Source of the DNA: an uncultured Bacteroidales bacterium
Lineage (GTDB): Bacteria > Bacteroidota > Bacteroidia > Bacteroidales > WCHB1-69
Direction of reading: 5' to 3'
Length of the DNA stretch: 64,000 bases
Assembly: GCA_946624065.1 (NCBI GenBank)
Contig: CAMORT010000004.1
Coordinates: 5,142-69,141 of the forward strand
In this document: positions 42,282 through 52,292 of the stretch, piece by piece
Layout: each line of letters opens with the position of its first letter
Position numbering within the stretch: position 1 is the first letter of the stretch
Program-made: the position numbers and the translations under genes
The notes under the pieces: generated by a model
Databases searched by the model: none
What the model was told of the DNA's origin: nothing
Seen by the model: only the letters and a program-made list of their open reading frames with translations

Positions 42282-44237
42282 TTAACGAATAATTCTGAAT
42301 TCTGTACGACGATTCTCTGCCCTTCCCTCTTCTGTGGCATTGTCGGCAATGGGCTTACGCTTGCCATAACCCTGATAACTCAGGCGCGACGGATCAATCT
42401 GCTTGCCCACCAAATAATCATATACGGCTTTCGCCCGCTCCAAAGAGAGACGGTCGTTGTACTCGTCACTTCCCTGGTTGTCGGTATGACCGCCAATTTC
42501 TATGTTCACCTTGTTGTGCTTCAAATAATCCGCCAACTTGTCCAACTCAACAAACGACTCCGGTTTCAGTTCGCTCTGGTTGAAGTCAAAGAAGATGTTC
42601 TTCAACACAACAACGGTACCTATATCCGCACGGCGCAACTGTATGTTCTTCAAATAGGGTGACAACTCCGTATAAGATTTCTCCACTTGGAAGTTCTCGG
42701 AATAAAACGGATAATTCGGATTGGACACATTGAGCAATATGTTGCTTCCCGTCTGAATGCACGCCAGATATTCGCCAGTCTCCGAATCCGACTGTGTATA
42801 GGTGACAACTTGCTTCGTGTTCAAATCCACCATTTCAATATTCGCCTCAAGTGGAGCGCCTGTGACGGCATCGGTGACAACTCCCTTCACATAGGTGACG
42901 GGGTTGGGACGCAAATTGTCGTCCAACTCAAAACTGTACAGATCAAGTCCACCAAAACCGCCATCCTTGTCCGACGCCATGTAGGCGACAGTACCGTTGG
43001 CGTTAATGAATATGTTGATTTCATCAGCCGGCGTGTTGATAGGATACCCCAGATTCTTCGGTTCGCTCCATGTGCCGTCCTGCTGCAGCGTTGTGTAATA
43101 GAGGTCATAACCACCCATGCCCACTCGCCCGTTGGAGGCGAAATACAAGGTGCGGCCATCCGTATGGATGAATGGCGCCGCATCATCCTCCGGGGTGTTG
43201 ATGGAGGGTCCCAGGTTCTCCGGTACAGTGAACTTGCCTTCCGAGGTCATCGTCGTTTTCCAAATATCTTTCTTTCCAAATCCACCCGGACGGGAAGAGA
43301 CAAAATAAATGGTCCTGCCATCAGGCGCCATAGATGGCTGGCTTTCCCAAGCATGCGAATTGACCGGAGCTCCAAAGTTGCGCGGGCGCGACCACTTGGA
43401 TCCGATACGCTTGGACCAGTAGAGGTCGCAACTGCCCATACCGAAATCCGCATCACACATGGTGTATAACAGATAGTTGCCATCGGGGGATATACTCTGT
43501 GCACCTTCATTATATCCGGTTTTGATGGGAGCTCCCACAGCGTTCCGCATCCGCCATTCCCCTTTCTCATCACGAATGGAGTAATAAAGATCCTCTTCAT
43601 TCATGCAAAACGCGCAAACTGTACCTTTATCTTTAGGACGGTTTACGGTAAATATGAGTTGTGCGTCATCTGCAGTAATGGATGCCAGACTCTCATCCCA
43701 CTCGGAGTTGATGCTCCCCCCAAGGTTCTCTGGATGAAATTTCACCGGATGGCTCATCGCCTCTATTCCAAACCTGCAGTTGGCCATACCTTTTTGAGCA
43801 TCGGCGAAAACTTCACTATACTGCAGTCCCTTTTGAAGAAAAATCTCATAATTACGCAACGCGCCTTCATACTGTGCACATTTCACACCCTCATTAGCCG
43901 CAATGAAGTACAACATCGGATCTGGATTGACCAACAGCTCAATGGCTTTGTTATAGCACTTGACCGCTGAGTCCGATCTCAAGGTGAAGTTGTAAATATC
44001 ACCCAACATGATGTAGGTGTCCGGATAACAGGGATCTTTCTGCTGCGCCTGTTTCAATAAAGAGAGCGCCTTGTCAAATTCCCGGTTGTTGATGCACTGC
44101 TCAGCTTTTGAACACAACGAGGCAACTTTGGAATTCTTTTGAGCAGATGCCGGAATGGAAACCATTAAAAAAGATAATGTATATATAAATATACATCTTA
44201 TAGTAAGGACAATCTGAAATCTGCTCTTGGTTTTCAT
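42282..44237 (-). CDS. OmpA-family protein with TPR, TolB-like beta-propeller repeats, a CarboxypepD_reg-like domain and a C-terminal OmpA/MotB peptidoglycan-binding domain
   Basis: The ORF is 651 aa with a signal peptide. WD40-like repeats (SPDGNYLLYT, APDGRTIYFVS, HTDGRTLYFAS) are present. The C-terminus reads IGGHTDNQGSDEYNDRLSLERAKAVYDYLV...NRRTEFRII. Confidence 0.88.
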   Translation of the reverse strand: MKTKSRFQIVLTIRCIFIYTLSFLMVSIPASAQKNSKVASLCSKAEQCINNREFDKALSLLKQAQQKDPCYPDTYIMLGDIYNFTLRSDSAVKCYNKAIELLVNPDPMLYFIAANEGVKCAQYEGALRNYEIFLQKGLQYSEVFADAQKGMANCRFGIEAMSHPVKFHPENLGGSINSEWDESLASITADDAQLIFTVNRPKDKGTVCAFCMNEEDLYYSIRDEKGEWRMRNAVGAPIKTGYNEGAQSISPDGNYLLYTMCDADFGMGSCDLYWSKRIGSKWSRPRNFGAPVNSHAWESQPSMAPDGRTIYFVSSRPGGFGKKDIWKTTMTSEGKFTVPENLGPSINTPEDDAAPFIHTDGRTLYFASNGRVGMGGYDLYYTTLQQDGTWSEPKNLGYPINTPADEINIFINANGTVAYMASDKDGGFGGLDLYSFELDDNLRPNPVTYVKGVVTDAVTGAPLEANIEMVDLNTKQVVTYTQSDSETGEYLACIQTGSNILLNVSNPNYPFYSENFQVEKSYTELSPYLKNIQLRRADIGTVVVLKNIFFDFNQSELKPESFVELDKLADYLKHNKVNIEIGGHTDNQGSDEYNDRLSLERAKAVYDYLVGKQIDPSRLSYQGYGKRKPIADNATEEGRAENRRTEFRIIR

Positions 44238-45005
44238 TTATTCAAGTTCTTTTGCGGCCTGCCAGAACGATTCCATCTCCTCTAAAGACAAATCCGTCAA
44301 CTTGCGCCCGGCGTTTTTGGCCCGATTCTCTATGTATTGAAACCGACGAATGAATTTGCGGTTTGATTTTTCTAACGCATCATCAGGGTTGATTCGTATA
44401 AAGCGCGCATAATTTATCAAAGCGAACAAAACATCCCCGAGTTCATCTTCAACCTTATCAGATTGATTGTCAACTTCTTGTCGCAATTCTGACAACTCTT
44501 CTTGAACCTTATCCCAAACCTCTTTCTCGTTATGCCAGTCAAACCCAACACCATTGGCTTTTTCTTGGATGCGGTACGCCTTAATCATGGAAGGAGCGCT
44601 TTTCGGGACACCGCCCAATACGGAACGGTTCCCTTCTTTCTGCAATTTGATCTTCTCCCAGTTCTCGTGAACTGCCTGAGCATCCTGAGCTTGCGCATCA
44701 CCATAAATATGCGGGTGACGACGAATCAGTTTTTCACATAATTGATTGAGTACCTGAGTGATATCAAACAATTTCTGCTCAGAAGCGACTTTTGCATAGA
44801 AAACAATGTGCAACATCAAATCTCCCAACTCTTTGCACATGTCTGCATAGTTCTTATCCACGATGGCTTCGGATAATTCAAAAGTTTCTTCGATGGTCAG
44901 GCAACGCAAGGTGTCAAAAGTCTGCACACTATCCCACGGACACTTCTCCCGAAGTTCGTCCATGATATCCAACAATCTTTGAAAAGCAACTAATCTCGGA
45001 TCCAT
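44238..45005 (-). CDS. mazG: Nucleoside triphosphate pyrophosphohydrolase MazG
   Basis: The 255-aa ORF contains LLDIMDELREKCPWDSVQTFDTLRCLTIEETFELSEAI plus a second EELGDVLFALINYARF repeat. Confidence 0.92.
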   Translation of the reverse strand: MDPRLVAFQRLLDIMDELREKCPWDSVQTFDTLRCLTIEETFELSEAIVDKNYADMCKELGDLMLHIVFYAKVASEQKLFDITQVLNQLCEKLIRRHPHIYGDAQAQDAQAVHENWEKIKLQKEGNRSVLGGVPKSAPSMIKAYRIQEKANGVGFDWHNEKEVWDKVQEELSELRQEVDNQSDKVEDELGDVLFALINYARFIRINPDDALEKSNRKFIRRFQYIENRAKNAGRKLTDLSLEEMESFWQAAKELE

Positions 45006-45038
45006 TTATCTAATAAAATATTGATTTCCAATGGATTA

Positions 45039-46514
45039 TTAGTATGCTCTTGCAAAAAGCACCCGTTGCTTGGAAGGTTTGCCCGTCAAGATGCACTTGC
45101 CTTCTTCCTGTGGATTGTTGAATGGGATACAGCGGATAGTCGCCTTGGTCAACTCCTTGATCTTATCCTCAGTTTCAGGGGTTCCGTCCCAATGCGCATA
45201 GATAAATCCGGGATGATTGTCAAGCAGATCCACAAACTCTTCCCAAGTGTCCGCTTTGCGGGTGTTTTCCTCTCTGAATTTCAAGGCCTTGTCGAACAAA
45301 TTCTGCTGAATGTCCTTCAACAGTTTCTGGATATGCTCCACCAGTGTATCAAACGGGACAACCTCTTTCTCCAAGGTGTCGCGGCGGGCGATTTCGGCCG
45401 CATTGTTTTCAAGATCACGCGGTCCGATGGCGATTCTAACCGGAACGCCCTTCAACTCATACTCATTGAATTTCCAACCGGAGCGTTTGGCGTCATCGTT
45501 ATCAAACTTGACTGAAATATTGAGTTCTTTAAGTTTTGAAATAAGCGGTTGCACTTTCTCGGCAATAGCGGTGCGTTCTTCTTCACTTTTATAGATAGGA
45601 ACTATAACTACTTGAATAGGAGCAAGATTCGGCGGAAGCACCAAGCCATTGTCATCAGAGTGCGTCATAATCAACGCACCAATCAAACGGGTGGAAACAC
45701 CCCAAGAGGTCGCCCACACATATTCAAGTTGGTTGTTCTGGTTAAGGAACTTCACATCGAAGGCCTTGGCGAAATTCTGTCCAAGGAAATGGGATGTGCC
45801 TGCCTGTAGTGCCTTACCATCCTGCATCAACGCCTCGATACAGTAGGTGTCCAGAGCGCCGCCAAAACGCTCATTCGGGGATTTCACACCTTTGATGACC
45901 GGAATAGCCATAAAGTTCTCGGCAAAATCGGCATAAACATGCAACATCTTCTCGGTTTCCTCCACGGCCTCTTCACGAGTGGCGTGAGCGGTATGTCCTT
46001 CCTGCCACAAAAACTCAGCGGTACGCAAGAACAAGCGGGTGCGCATCTCCCAGCGGACCACATTTGCCCACTGATTGCAAAGAATCGGCAGATCGCGATA
46101 GGATTGGATCCAGTTCTTATATGTGTCCCAGATGATGGTTTCAGAAGTGGGACGCACGATCAGTTCCTCTTCCAATTTGGCTTCGGGGTCAACCACCACT
46201 CCACCGCCATTCGGATCATTTTTCAAACGGTAATGGGTGACAACCGCACATTCTTTCGCAAAACCCTCCACATGGCTGGCTTCACGACTGAAAAAGGATT
46301 TCGGAATGAAAATCGGGAAATAGGCATTCATGTGACCTGTCTCCTTGAACATTCTATCCAATGTGGATTGGAGTTTTTCCCATATAGCGTAACCGTAAGG
46401 TTTGATTACCATACATCCTCTAACTGATGAATTTTCAGCAAGATCCGCTTTTTTTACAATATCGTTATACCATTGCGAATAATTCTCTTTTCTTGTAGTT
46501 AAACTTTTAGCCAT
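45039..46514 (-). CDS. proS: Proline--tRNA ligase (archaeal/eukaryote-like type common in Bacteroidota)
   Basis: The start was chosen at [25 protein letters not shown] (ATG at 46514), which matches the conserved ProRS N-terminus. The 24 extra codons of the tracked ORF run through the promoter region. Class II motifs are present, for example [16 protein letters not shown]. Confidence 0.93.
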   Translation of the reverse strand: MAKSLTTRKENYSQWYNDIVKKADLAENSSVRGCMVIKPYGYAIWEKLQSTLDRMFKETGHMNAYFPIFIPKSFFSREASHVEGFAKECAVVTHYRLKNDPNGGGVVVDPEAKLEEELIVRPTSETIIWDTYKNWIQSYRDLPILCNQWANVVRWEMRTRLFLRTAEFLWQEGHTAHATREEAVEETEKMLHVYADFAENFMAIPVIKGVKSPNERFGGALDTYCIEALMQDGKALQAGTSHFLGQNFAKAFDVKFLNQNNQLEYVWATSWGVSTRLIGALIMTHSDDNGLVLPPNLAPIQVVIVPIYKSEEERTAIAEKVQPLISKLKELNISVKFDNDDAKRSGWKFNEYELKGVPVRIAIGPRDLENNAAEIARRDTLEKEVVPFDTLVEHIQKLLKDIQQNLFDKALKFREENTRKADTWEEFVDLLDNHPGFIYAHWDGTPETEDKIKELTKATIRCIPFNNPQEEGKCILTGKPSKQRVLFARAY

Positions 46515-46537
46515 TATTTTTCTTTTATAAATTAACT

Positions 46538-46597
46538 TTTTCGTATTTTTGCCGTCTATCAAAAGACTGTTTAAATTGAATTGCAAAAATACGAAAA
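46538..46597. repeat. Perfect 15-nt inverted repeat carrying two opposed -7 boxes in the proS / 46619 divergent intergenic region
   Basis: TTTTCGTATTTTTGC (46538-46552) and GCAAAAATACGAAAA (46583-46597) are separated by 30 nt. Each arm contains TATTTTTG reading towards the opposite arm. Confidence 0.7.
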
Positions 46598-46618
46598 TAA
46601 AGCCATAAGGAGGTCAAT

Positions 46619-48040
46619 ATGAAAAAACTATTTTTAATCGCCTTATCCACCGCAGCTGTACTGCTAACCGCTTGCAACACAGGGTCATTCGCCTATTATG
46701 ATGACATCTATTCATCTTCTGGCGACGACCAATACAAGATCCTGCAGGCGAAAAACTATGACAATACAGCATCCGAATCCGCCCCAATCACCTATTACGA
46801 GGAGACTCCCGCACCGGATTCCATCTCCTATCAGTACAACACAGACGGCAGCATCGGCACTACTTATTATTATAATGAGGATGATTATTATGATTATTAC
46901 TATTCCTCCCGCCTGCGCCGCTTCCACACCAGTTTGTACAGCGGTTGGGGTTATTACGACCCTTACTTCACCAACATGTACTGGTATGATTATTGCCCAT
47001 CCAACTGGGGTTTAAGCATTTACATGGGTTACAACTGGTGGTGGCCAAGTTATTATTACCGTCCGTACTATTACAATTACGGATGGTATGACTATGGTTT
47101 CCGCTATGGTTGGGGATGGGATTATTACAATCCTTATTGGTACAACCATGGTTGGGGATGGTATCATCATCACAATTGGGCCATTGATTATTACCACAAC
47201 AACTACGACAGCAACCACTCCTTCTATTATGGGCATCGAAACAGCATTGGCCCCTCAGTAGGCAACCAGACTGCAGATGGCAGAGGTGAGCGTCCCGATG
47301 GTTACCTTCCAACCGGTCATGGCAACGGAGAGAACAGCAACCACTACTCTGTAACTTCCTCTCCTGCAACTTTCAACGAAAGATATGACAATCTTTCCGC
47401 CTCTTATTCGCCTTCCGGATCGGGCAATACGGCAAGACCGACAGCGACACCTGCCAGCACTGCATCCAACCCCGCATCCAGAACTGCTGCAGAAAGAACC
47501 AATTCTTCCACTTCAAGAACAAACGCTAACATTAGTCCTAACCCGAAACCTACTAACAATACGCCTACCAACACCAACCGTACTAATGTAACCCCCAACC
47601 GGACAACCACCACTCCTGTGACACGTCCTAACACCACTCCCAAACCTGCTCCTTCCAACCAATACGCTCGTCCTTCCCAGAACAGTTCCAGAACCCCATC
47701 TTCTAGCACCACTCGTCCCTCTTCCACTACCACTCGCCCTTCTTCCAGCACCAGTTGGTCCAGACCTTCTTCTTCCAACACTGCCAGACCCAGTTCCACA
47801 TACAGCAACTCCTCACGCAACCAATCAACAAGTTCATCATACAGTAATTCAAATTCTTACAGATCAAATTCTTCCTATAGCCGACCGAGTTCGTCCTCAT
47901 ACAACTCGGGCTCATCATCCCGCAGCAGTTACAGTTCCTCTTCCCACAGCAGTTCATCATACAGCGGATCCTCTTCCTCCAGAAGCAGCGGATCATCCTA
48001 TAGTGGAAGTTCTTCACGCAGCAGCGGAGGCAGACGATAA
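46619..48040 (+). CDS. Lipoprotein with an extreme Tyr/Trp/Gly/Asn-rich region and a Ser/Thr/Pro/Arg-rich disordered tail
   Basis: The ORF is 473 aa with lipobox LLTAC. It contains YYYRPYYYNYGWYDYGFRYGWGWDYYNPYWYNHGWGWYHHHNW and a long S/T/P/N/R tail ending SSSRSSGSSYSGSSSRSSGGRR. A canonical AAGGAGG lies 5 nt upstream of the ATG. Confidence 0.7.
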   Translation: MKKLFLIALSTAAVLLTACNTGSFAYYDDIYSSSGDDQYKILQAKNYDNTASESAPITYYEETPAPDSISYQYNTDGSIGTTYYYNEDDYYDYYYSSRLRRFHTSLYSGWGYYDPYFTNMYWYDYCPSNWGLSIYMGYNWWWPSYYYRPYYYNYGWYDYGFRYGWGWDYYNPYWYNHGWGWYHHHNWAIDYYHNNYDSNHSFYYGHRNSIGPSVGNQTADGRGERPDGYLPTGHGNGENSNHYSVTSSPATFNERYDNLSASYSPSGSGNTARPTATPASTASNPASRTAAERTNSSTSRTNANISPNPKPTNNTPTNTNRTNVTPNRTTTTPVTRPNTTPKPAPSNQYARPSQNSSRTPSSSTTRPSSTTTRPSSSTSWSRPSSSNTARPSSTYSNSSRNQSTSSSYSNSNSYRSNSSYSRPSSSSYNSGSSSRSSYSSSSHSSSSYSGSSSSRSSGSSYSGSSSRSSGGRR

Positions 48041-48070
48041 AACCAACTATAATAAAACCTTTTTGAAACA

Positions 48071-49573
48071 ATGAAAAAGTTATTAAGCAGCATATTGATT
48101 ATCAGTCTTTTTTGTACCGTAATGGCCCAAGGAGACTATGAGGCGTTCCGCTTCTCACAAATCGAATATCAGGGTACAGCGCGCTACATGGGAGCGGGCG
48201 GCGCCTTCAGCGCTACCGGCGGCGAATTTTCAGCTCTCAATGTCAACCCTGCCGCCATCGGACTGTACAAACGCCATGAGGTTACCCTCACCCCACTGTC
48301 CATCGCTTTCACCAATAACAGTTCCTCCTACTATGGGAACACAAGTTCCACTATGAAAGCCAAATACACGGTTCCACAGTGCGGTCTGGTTATCTCCAAC
48401 CACATTGAGAATTCCAACTGGAACTACTGGCATTTCGGGTTCGGATACAACCGTATCATGGACTACAACAACACTTTCCGCGCCAACGGAATTGTCAGCA
48501 ATTCCATAGTGAACACCATCCTACCCCACGCCAACGGCACACCTTACAGCGCCCTCACCGGAGACGCATCCCTGGCTTGGAGCACTTGGCTGATTGACAC
48601 TATTCCAGGCACTAACAATCTGTATTACAGTCCTTTTGAAAACGCCAAACTGGAACACGACGCTGTTGTGAAAACATCCGGAGCCATGGACGAAATCAGT
48701 TTTTCTTTCGGCGGCAACTATTCCGACAAACTTTTTGTCGGCGCCACCATTGGTGTTCCTGTGCTTGACTACAAAGAGGTGATCTCGTACGCTGAAACAG
48801 CTTCCGACGAAGTTACCCTGTCTCACGGCATCCGCTCGTTCCAAACCAACAGCACTCAACAGAATTCCGGAGGCGGCATTAACTTGAAGTTGGGTCTCAT
48901 CTATCAGCCCGTTAACTTTTTACGAGTTGGTGCCTCGTTCCAAACGCCCACCTATTTCTGGAGAATTCGCGATTCCTATAACCGCAACATGATTTCTTAC
49001 TACACGAACGGCAAGAACTCCGACACTTGGAGTTACGATAACGGTTACCGTTTCTCGCTCACCACTCCGCTCAAATTTAATGTAAGCGCCGCTTTCCTCA
49101 TCAAGAAACGCGCCTTCATCTCCGCCGAGTATGATTTTATCGATTATTCCATGTCGAAACTTTACGCCGACGATTATTCGTTTGATACAGAAAATCAAAC
49201 TATTGATAATAAATTCGGCATTTGCCATACGGTAAAATTGGGTGCCGAAGTGAATGTGACTTCCAAGTTCCTACTTCGCGCGGGTTACAACTATAAAACT
49301 TCTCCCTACAAAAATTTCGCCTCCAGTTTCAACGGAAGCGCACATTACGGTTCTGTCGGCTTCGGCATCCGCACAAAATATGTGTTCTTCGACATGGCAT
49401 ATGTGATGAAATACGGAAAAGACAGTTTCTGGCTGTATCCTGACAACAACTCCCAGAACATGGGCGAATACGAGGATCTCATCCACAATCCCGGTTCAGA
49501 CGCCTATCTTAGCGCCATCTCCACCAAAGGCATATCGCACAGAATTGTCGCTACCATCGGATGTAAGTTCTAA
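48071..49573 (+). CDS. Outer-membrane beta-barrel protein (FadL/PorV-like N-terminal motif)
   Basis: The ORF is 500 aa with a signal peptide. It contains GTARYMGAGGAFSATGGEFSALNVNPAAIG, alternating beta-strand-like composition and a terminal aromatic residue (...ATIGCKF). Confidence 0.6.
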   Translation: MKKLLSSILIISLFCTVMAQGDYEAFRFSQIEYQGTARYMGAGGAFSATGGEFSALNVNPAAIGLYKRHEVTLTPLSIAFTNNSSSYYGNTSSTMKAKYTVPQCGLVISNHIENSNWNYWHFGFGYNRIMDYNNTFRANGIVSNSIVNTILPHANGTPYSALTGDASLAWSTWLIDTIPGTNNLYYSPFENAKLEHDAVVKTSGAMDEISFSFGGNYSDKLFVGATIGVPVLDYKEVISYAETASDEVTLSHGIRSFQTNSTQQNSGGGINLKLGLIYQPVNFLRVGASFQTPTYFWRIRDSYNRNMISYYTNGKNSDTWSYDNGYRFSLTTPLKFNVSAAFLIKKRAFISAEYDFIDYSMSKLYADDYSFDTENQTIDNKFGICHTVKLGAEVNVTSKFLLRAGYNYKTSPYKNFASSFNGSAHYGSVGFGIRTKYVFFDMAYVMKYGKDSFWLYPDNNSQNMGEYEDLIHNPGSDAYLSAISTKGISHRIVATIGCKF

Positions 49574-49579
49574 ACAACT

Positions 49580-50356
49580 ATGTATAAGCGTATTATAGCA
49601 GCATTCATCATTGCTATTTTCGTTGGAGAAGTTTCGGCACAATCCATCTATAATACGGCATTCCATCATTTTACCACCGATCCTATGGCCAACATATATG
49701 GCTGGCAAGGATCCCAACTGAACAAATACACGTCTGAAGGGAAATTCCTTCAGACGTTTGGCATTCCTTCTTATGGTAATATCGCCCATGTGGATGCGGA
49801 TAACGCTGTAAAAACCTTAGTATTCTACCAGGAAGCAGGCAAACTGGTTCTGCTGAACAATAAACTGGCGCCCATCGGCAACGAGTTGGACCTTTTCGAA
49901 CACGACTTGACCTCCATAACACTGGCGGCTCTCTTCGGAAACAACCAAATTGTCTTATTTGATGAACCCAACCAAGACCTCTACATCACCGATTTGAATC
50001 TGAATGTTGTCAACAAAACCCATTGCAGTTTCCCCGAAGAAATAGCCCCATTCTTTCTGCAATCCGAATCCGACCATTGCATTATGCTGGTGGACTCTCT
50101 GAAGGGCATCTTCTTCTTTGACCGGTTCGGCACCTTCGATCGGCGGTTGCCCATTCCCGGAATCCTTTCCGCCCAACTATATGGAGATAATCTGATTTAT
50201 CTGAAAGACAACACCTTATATCAATATAACAGAAAAAAACTGGAACAAACCCATACAAGTCCATCCTTTATTCCAAACAGCAAAGAGATCCGCATGGCAG
50301 GAACCTGGCGCTTCATTTTGGACAAGGATGGCACTCTGCACACTATTCAACAATAA
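49580..50356 (+). CDS. Secreted hypothetical protein
   Basis: The ORF is 258 aa with signal peptide MYKRIIAAFIIAIFVGEVSAQ. It is tightly packed, 6 nt after the preceding gene, and I recognise no family. Confidence 0.6.
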   Translation: MYKRIIAAFIIAIFVGEVSAQSIYNTAFHHFTTDPMANIYGWQGSQLNKYTSEGKFLQTFGIPSYGNIAHVDADNAVKTLVFYQEAGKLVLLNNKLAPIGNELDLFEHDLTSITLAALFGNNQIVLFDEPNQDLYITDLNLNVVNKTHCSFPEEIAPFFLQSESDHCIMLVDSLKGIFFFDRFGTFDRRLPIPGILSAQLYGDNLIYLKDNTLYQYNRKKLEQTHTSPSFIPNSKEIRMAGTWRFILDKDGTLHTIQQ

Positions 50357-50375
50357 CAATCAAGATATCGGCACT

Positions 50376-51635
50376 ATGAAAAGAACACTTGTCACGCTTG
50401 CCCTACTATTGAGCATAATTCCGGCTTTCAGCACCCATATTCTGATTCCCATGGATTTGGAACAAAGCAACCACTTAAAGGCATACGGAATCGCCTATTA
50501 TGCGGTGGCGCATCAGATTGACATGAGTTGGCTGTTGAACTATCGGGGAGGCAGTTTTATGTGTGGATATAGTGATGCGGTAGAGAACGAATGCCGTGTC
50601 AGAGGAGTCTCTTTTCAAGTCATCGCCGATGTACAGGCCCAGCAGATTCTGAACGAGATTTCCTCCATGGAAAACAACATGAACGAAATCCGGCTCACCA
50701 AAGAGCCCAAAATAGCTGTGTATTCTCCCAAAAACAAGCTTCCCTGGGACGATGCTGTGACACTTGTCCTCACATACGCTGAAATCCCCTATACCGTCAT
50801 TTACGATGAAGAGGTTATCGGGGGGGAGTTGCCTAAATACGACTGGCTGCACTTGCACCATGAGGACTTCACGGGCCAATACGGCAAGTTCTGGGCAAGT
50901 TACCGCAATGCCAAATGGTATCAGGATGATGTGCGCGAAAACGAGGACCGTGCAGCGCGTCTGGGTTTTGCCAAAGTGTCGCAAATGAAACTGGCCGTGG
51001 CCAAGGGCATCCGCGATTTCGTGGCCGGTGGCGGCTATTTGTTTGCCATGTGCTCCGGTCCTGACAGTTACGACATCGCCCTGGCCGCCGAAGGCGTGGA
51101 CATCTGCGATGTGATGTTTGATGGTGACCCGATGGACCCGCAGGCACAAAGCAAACTGAACTACAACAACTGCTTCGCTTTCACCAACTTCCGCATCGTG
51201 ACCAACCCTTACGAATACGAGGTTTCCGACATTGATGTTAAACCAACCATCCACCTGACCAACAAGAGCAACGATTTCTTCACCCTGTTCGAATTTTCCG
51301 CCAAGTGGGACCCCGTTCCCACCATGCTCTGTCAGAACCACATGAATGTTATCCCAGGGTTCATGGGACAAACCACCGCTTTTCGCAAGGATGTCATCAA
51401 ACCCACGGTAACCATTATGGGAGAATCCGCCCAATTTGATGAGGCACGATATATTCACGGCGAATATGGCAAAGGAACCTGGACATTCTATTCCGGCCAT
51501 GATCCCGAAGATTATCAGCATCTGGTAAACGACGAGCCAACCAATTTGGATCTTTTCCCCAATTCGGCCGGCTATCGGTTAATCTTGAACAATGTGTTGT
51601 TCCCTGCCGCTAAGAAGCAGCAGCAGAAAACCTAA
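50376..51635 (+). CDS. Secreted hypothetical protein with a possible class-I glutamine amidotransferase-like (DJ-1/PfpI-type) nucleophile elbow
   Basis: The start was chosen at MKRTLVTLALLLSIIPAFS (ATG at 50376) because it gives a signal peptide. The motif GGGYLFAMCSGPDSYDIALAAEG resembles the GATase1 elbow. The function is not established. Confidence 0.6.
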   Translation: MKRTLVTLALLLSIIPAFSTHILIPMDLEQSNHLKAYGIAYYAVAHQIDMSWLLNYRGGSFMCGYSDAVENECRVRGVSFQVIADVQAQQILNEISSMENNMNEIRLTKEPKIAVYSPKNKLPWDDAVTLVLTYAEIPYTVIYDEEVIGGELPKYDWLHLHHEDFTGQYGKFWASYRNAKWYQDDVRENEDRAARLGFAKVSQMKLAVAKGIRDFVAGGGYLFAMCSGPDSYDIALAAEGVDICDVMFDGDPMDPQAQSKLNYNNCFAFTNFRIVTNPYEYEVSDIDVKPTIHLTNKSNDFFTLFEFSAKWDPVPTMLCQNHMNVIPGFMGQTTAFRKDVIKPTVTIMGESAQFDEARYIHGEYGKGTWTFYSGHDPEDYQHLVNDEPTNLDLFPNSAGYRLILNNVLFPAAKKQQQKT

Positions 51636-52246
51636 ACAATACCTAATGTCTGTTTTATTTTGGAAGTGAGAATATCGATGCCTTTTTCGTTTTCGGCACC
51701 GATGGGGATGATAATATCCGCAAGACGCTTAGAGGGCTCAATAAAGAGCTCGTGCATGGGTTTCACGAAGTTCTGGTAATGAACGATGGACTTGTCCAGT
51801 CCGCGCCCGCGCTCGTTCACATCGCGCTGGATAATGCGAATCAGGCGCTCGTCGGCATCGGTATCCACAAAAACTTTTATATCCAGATTCCGGCACAAAG
51901 AAGCGTCAGTGAAAATAAGGATCCCTTCCACAATCAGCACATCGCAAGGGTTTACGGGAATGGTATCCTTTCCTCTACCGCAAGTCACATACGAATAGGT
52001 AGGCATCTCGATGGGATTTCCTGCCCGCAGTTCATCAATATGTTGGACCAGCAGCGGCCATTCGATAGCTGACGGATGGTCGAAGTTGATCTTCTCTTTC
52101 TCTTCTTGCGGAAGATGTCCATTATCCTTGTAGTAAGCGTCTTGTGACAAAACGCTCACTTTCTCACGCGGAATGCTTTGGATGATTTTCTTTACAACAG
52201 ATGTTTTCCCGGAACCGGAGCCGCCGGCGATGCCAATCACTAACAT
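51632..52246 (-). CDS. udk: Uridine kinase
   Basis: The ORF begins MLVIGIAGGSGSGKTSVVKKI (P-loop) and contains DADERLIRIIQRDVNERGR. The start at 52246 is preferred because a TATCTTTG -7 box (52272-52279, minus strand) lies inside the longer tracked ORF. Confidence 0.92.
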   Translation of the reverse strand: MLVIGIAGGSGSGKTSVVKKIIQSIPREKVSVLSQDAYYKDNGHLPQEEKEKINFDHPSAIEWPLLVQHIDELRAGNPIEMPTYSYVTCGRGKDTIPVNPCDVLIVEGILIFTDASLCRNLDIKVFVDTDADERLIRIIQRDVNERGRGLDKSIVHYQNFVKPMHELFIEPSKRLADIIIPIGAENEKGIDILTSKIKQTLGIV

Positions 52247-52292
52247 AGGAGTATCTTTTAAATTACCGTTGCAAAGATAACTATTTTTCAAT

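Noticed and set aside
45021-46586. + strand ORFs inside proS (45021-45515, 45310-45594, 45939-46427) and the 24-codon N-terminal extension of proS
   Set aside because: The + strand ORFs are antisense shadows. The extension ([24 protein letters not shown]) runs through the promoter and inverted-repeat region and is not part of the conserved ProRS N-terminus.
46698-48071. Multiple ORFs in other frames or strands of the low-complexity lipoprotein gene (46698-47015, 46968-47369, 47404-47820, 47727-48071)
   Set aside because: Repetitive codon composition keeps several frames open. Only the frame with a lipoprotein signal and SD/ATG context is credible.
50328-50375. Upstream extension of the 50376 gene (MALCTLFNNNNQDIGT) overlapping the preceding gene
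   Set aside because: The internal Met gives a proper signal peptide. The extension overlaps the 3' end of the 49580 gene.
50475-51521. A 348-aa minus-strand ORF
   Set aside because: It is antisense to the 50376-51635 CDS and has no recognisable domain.
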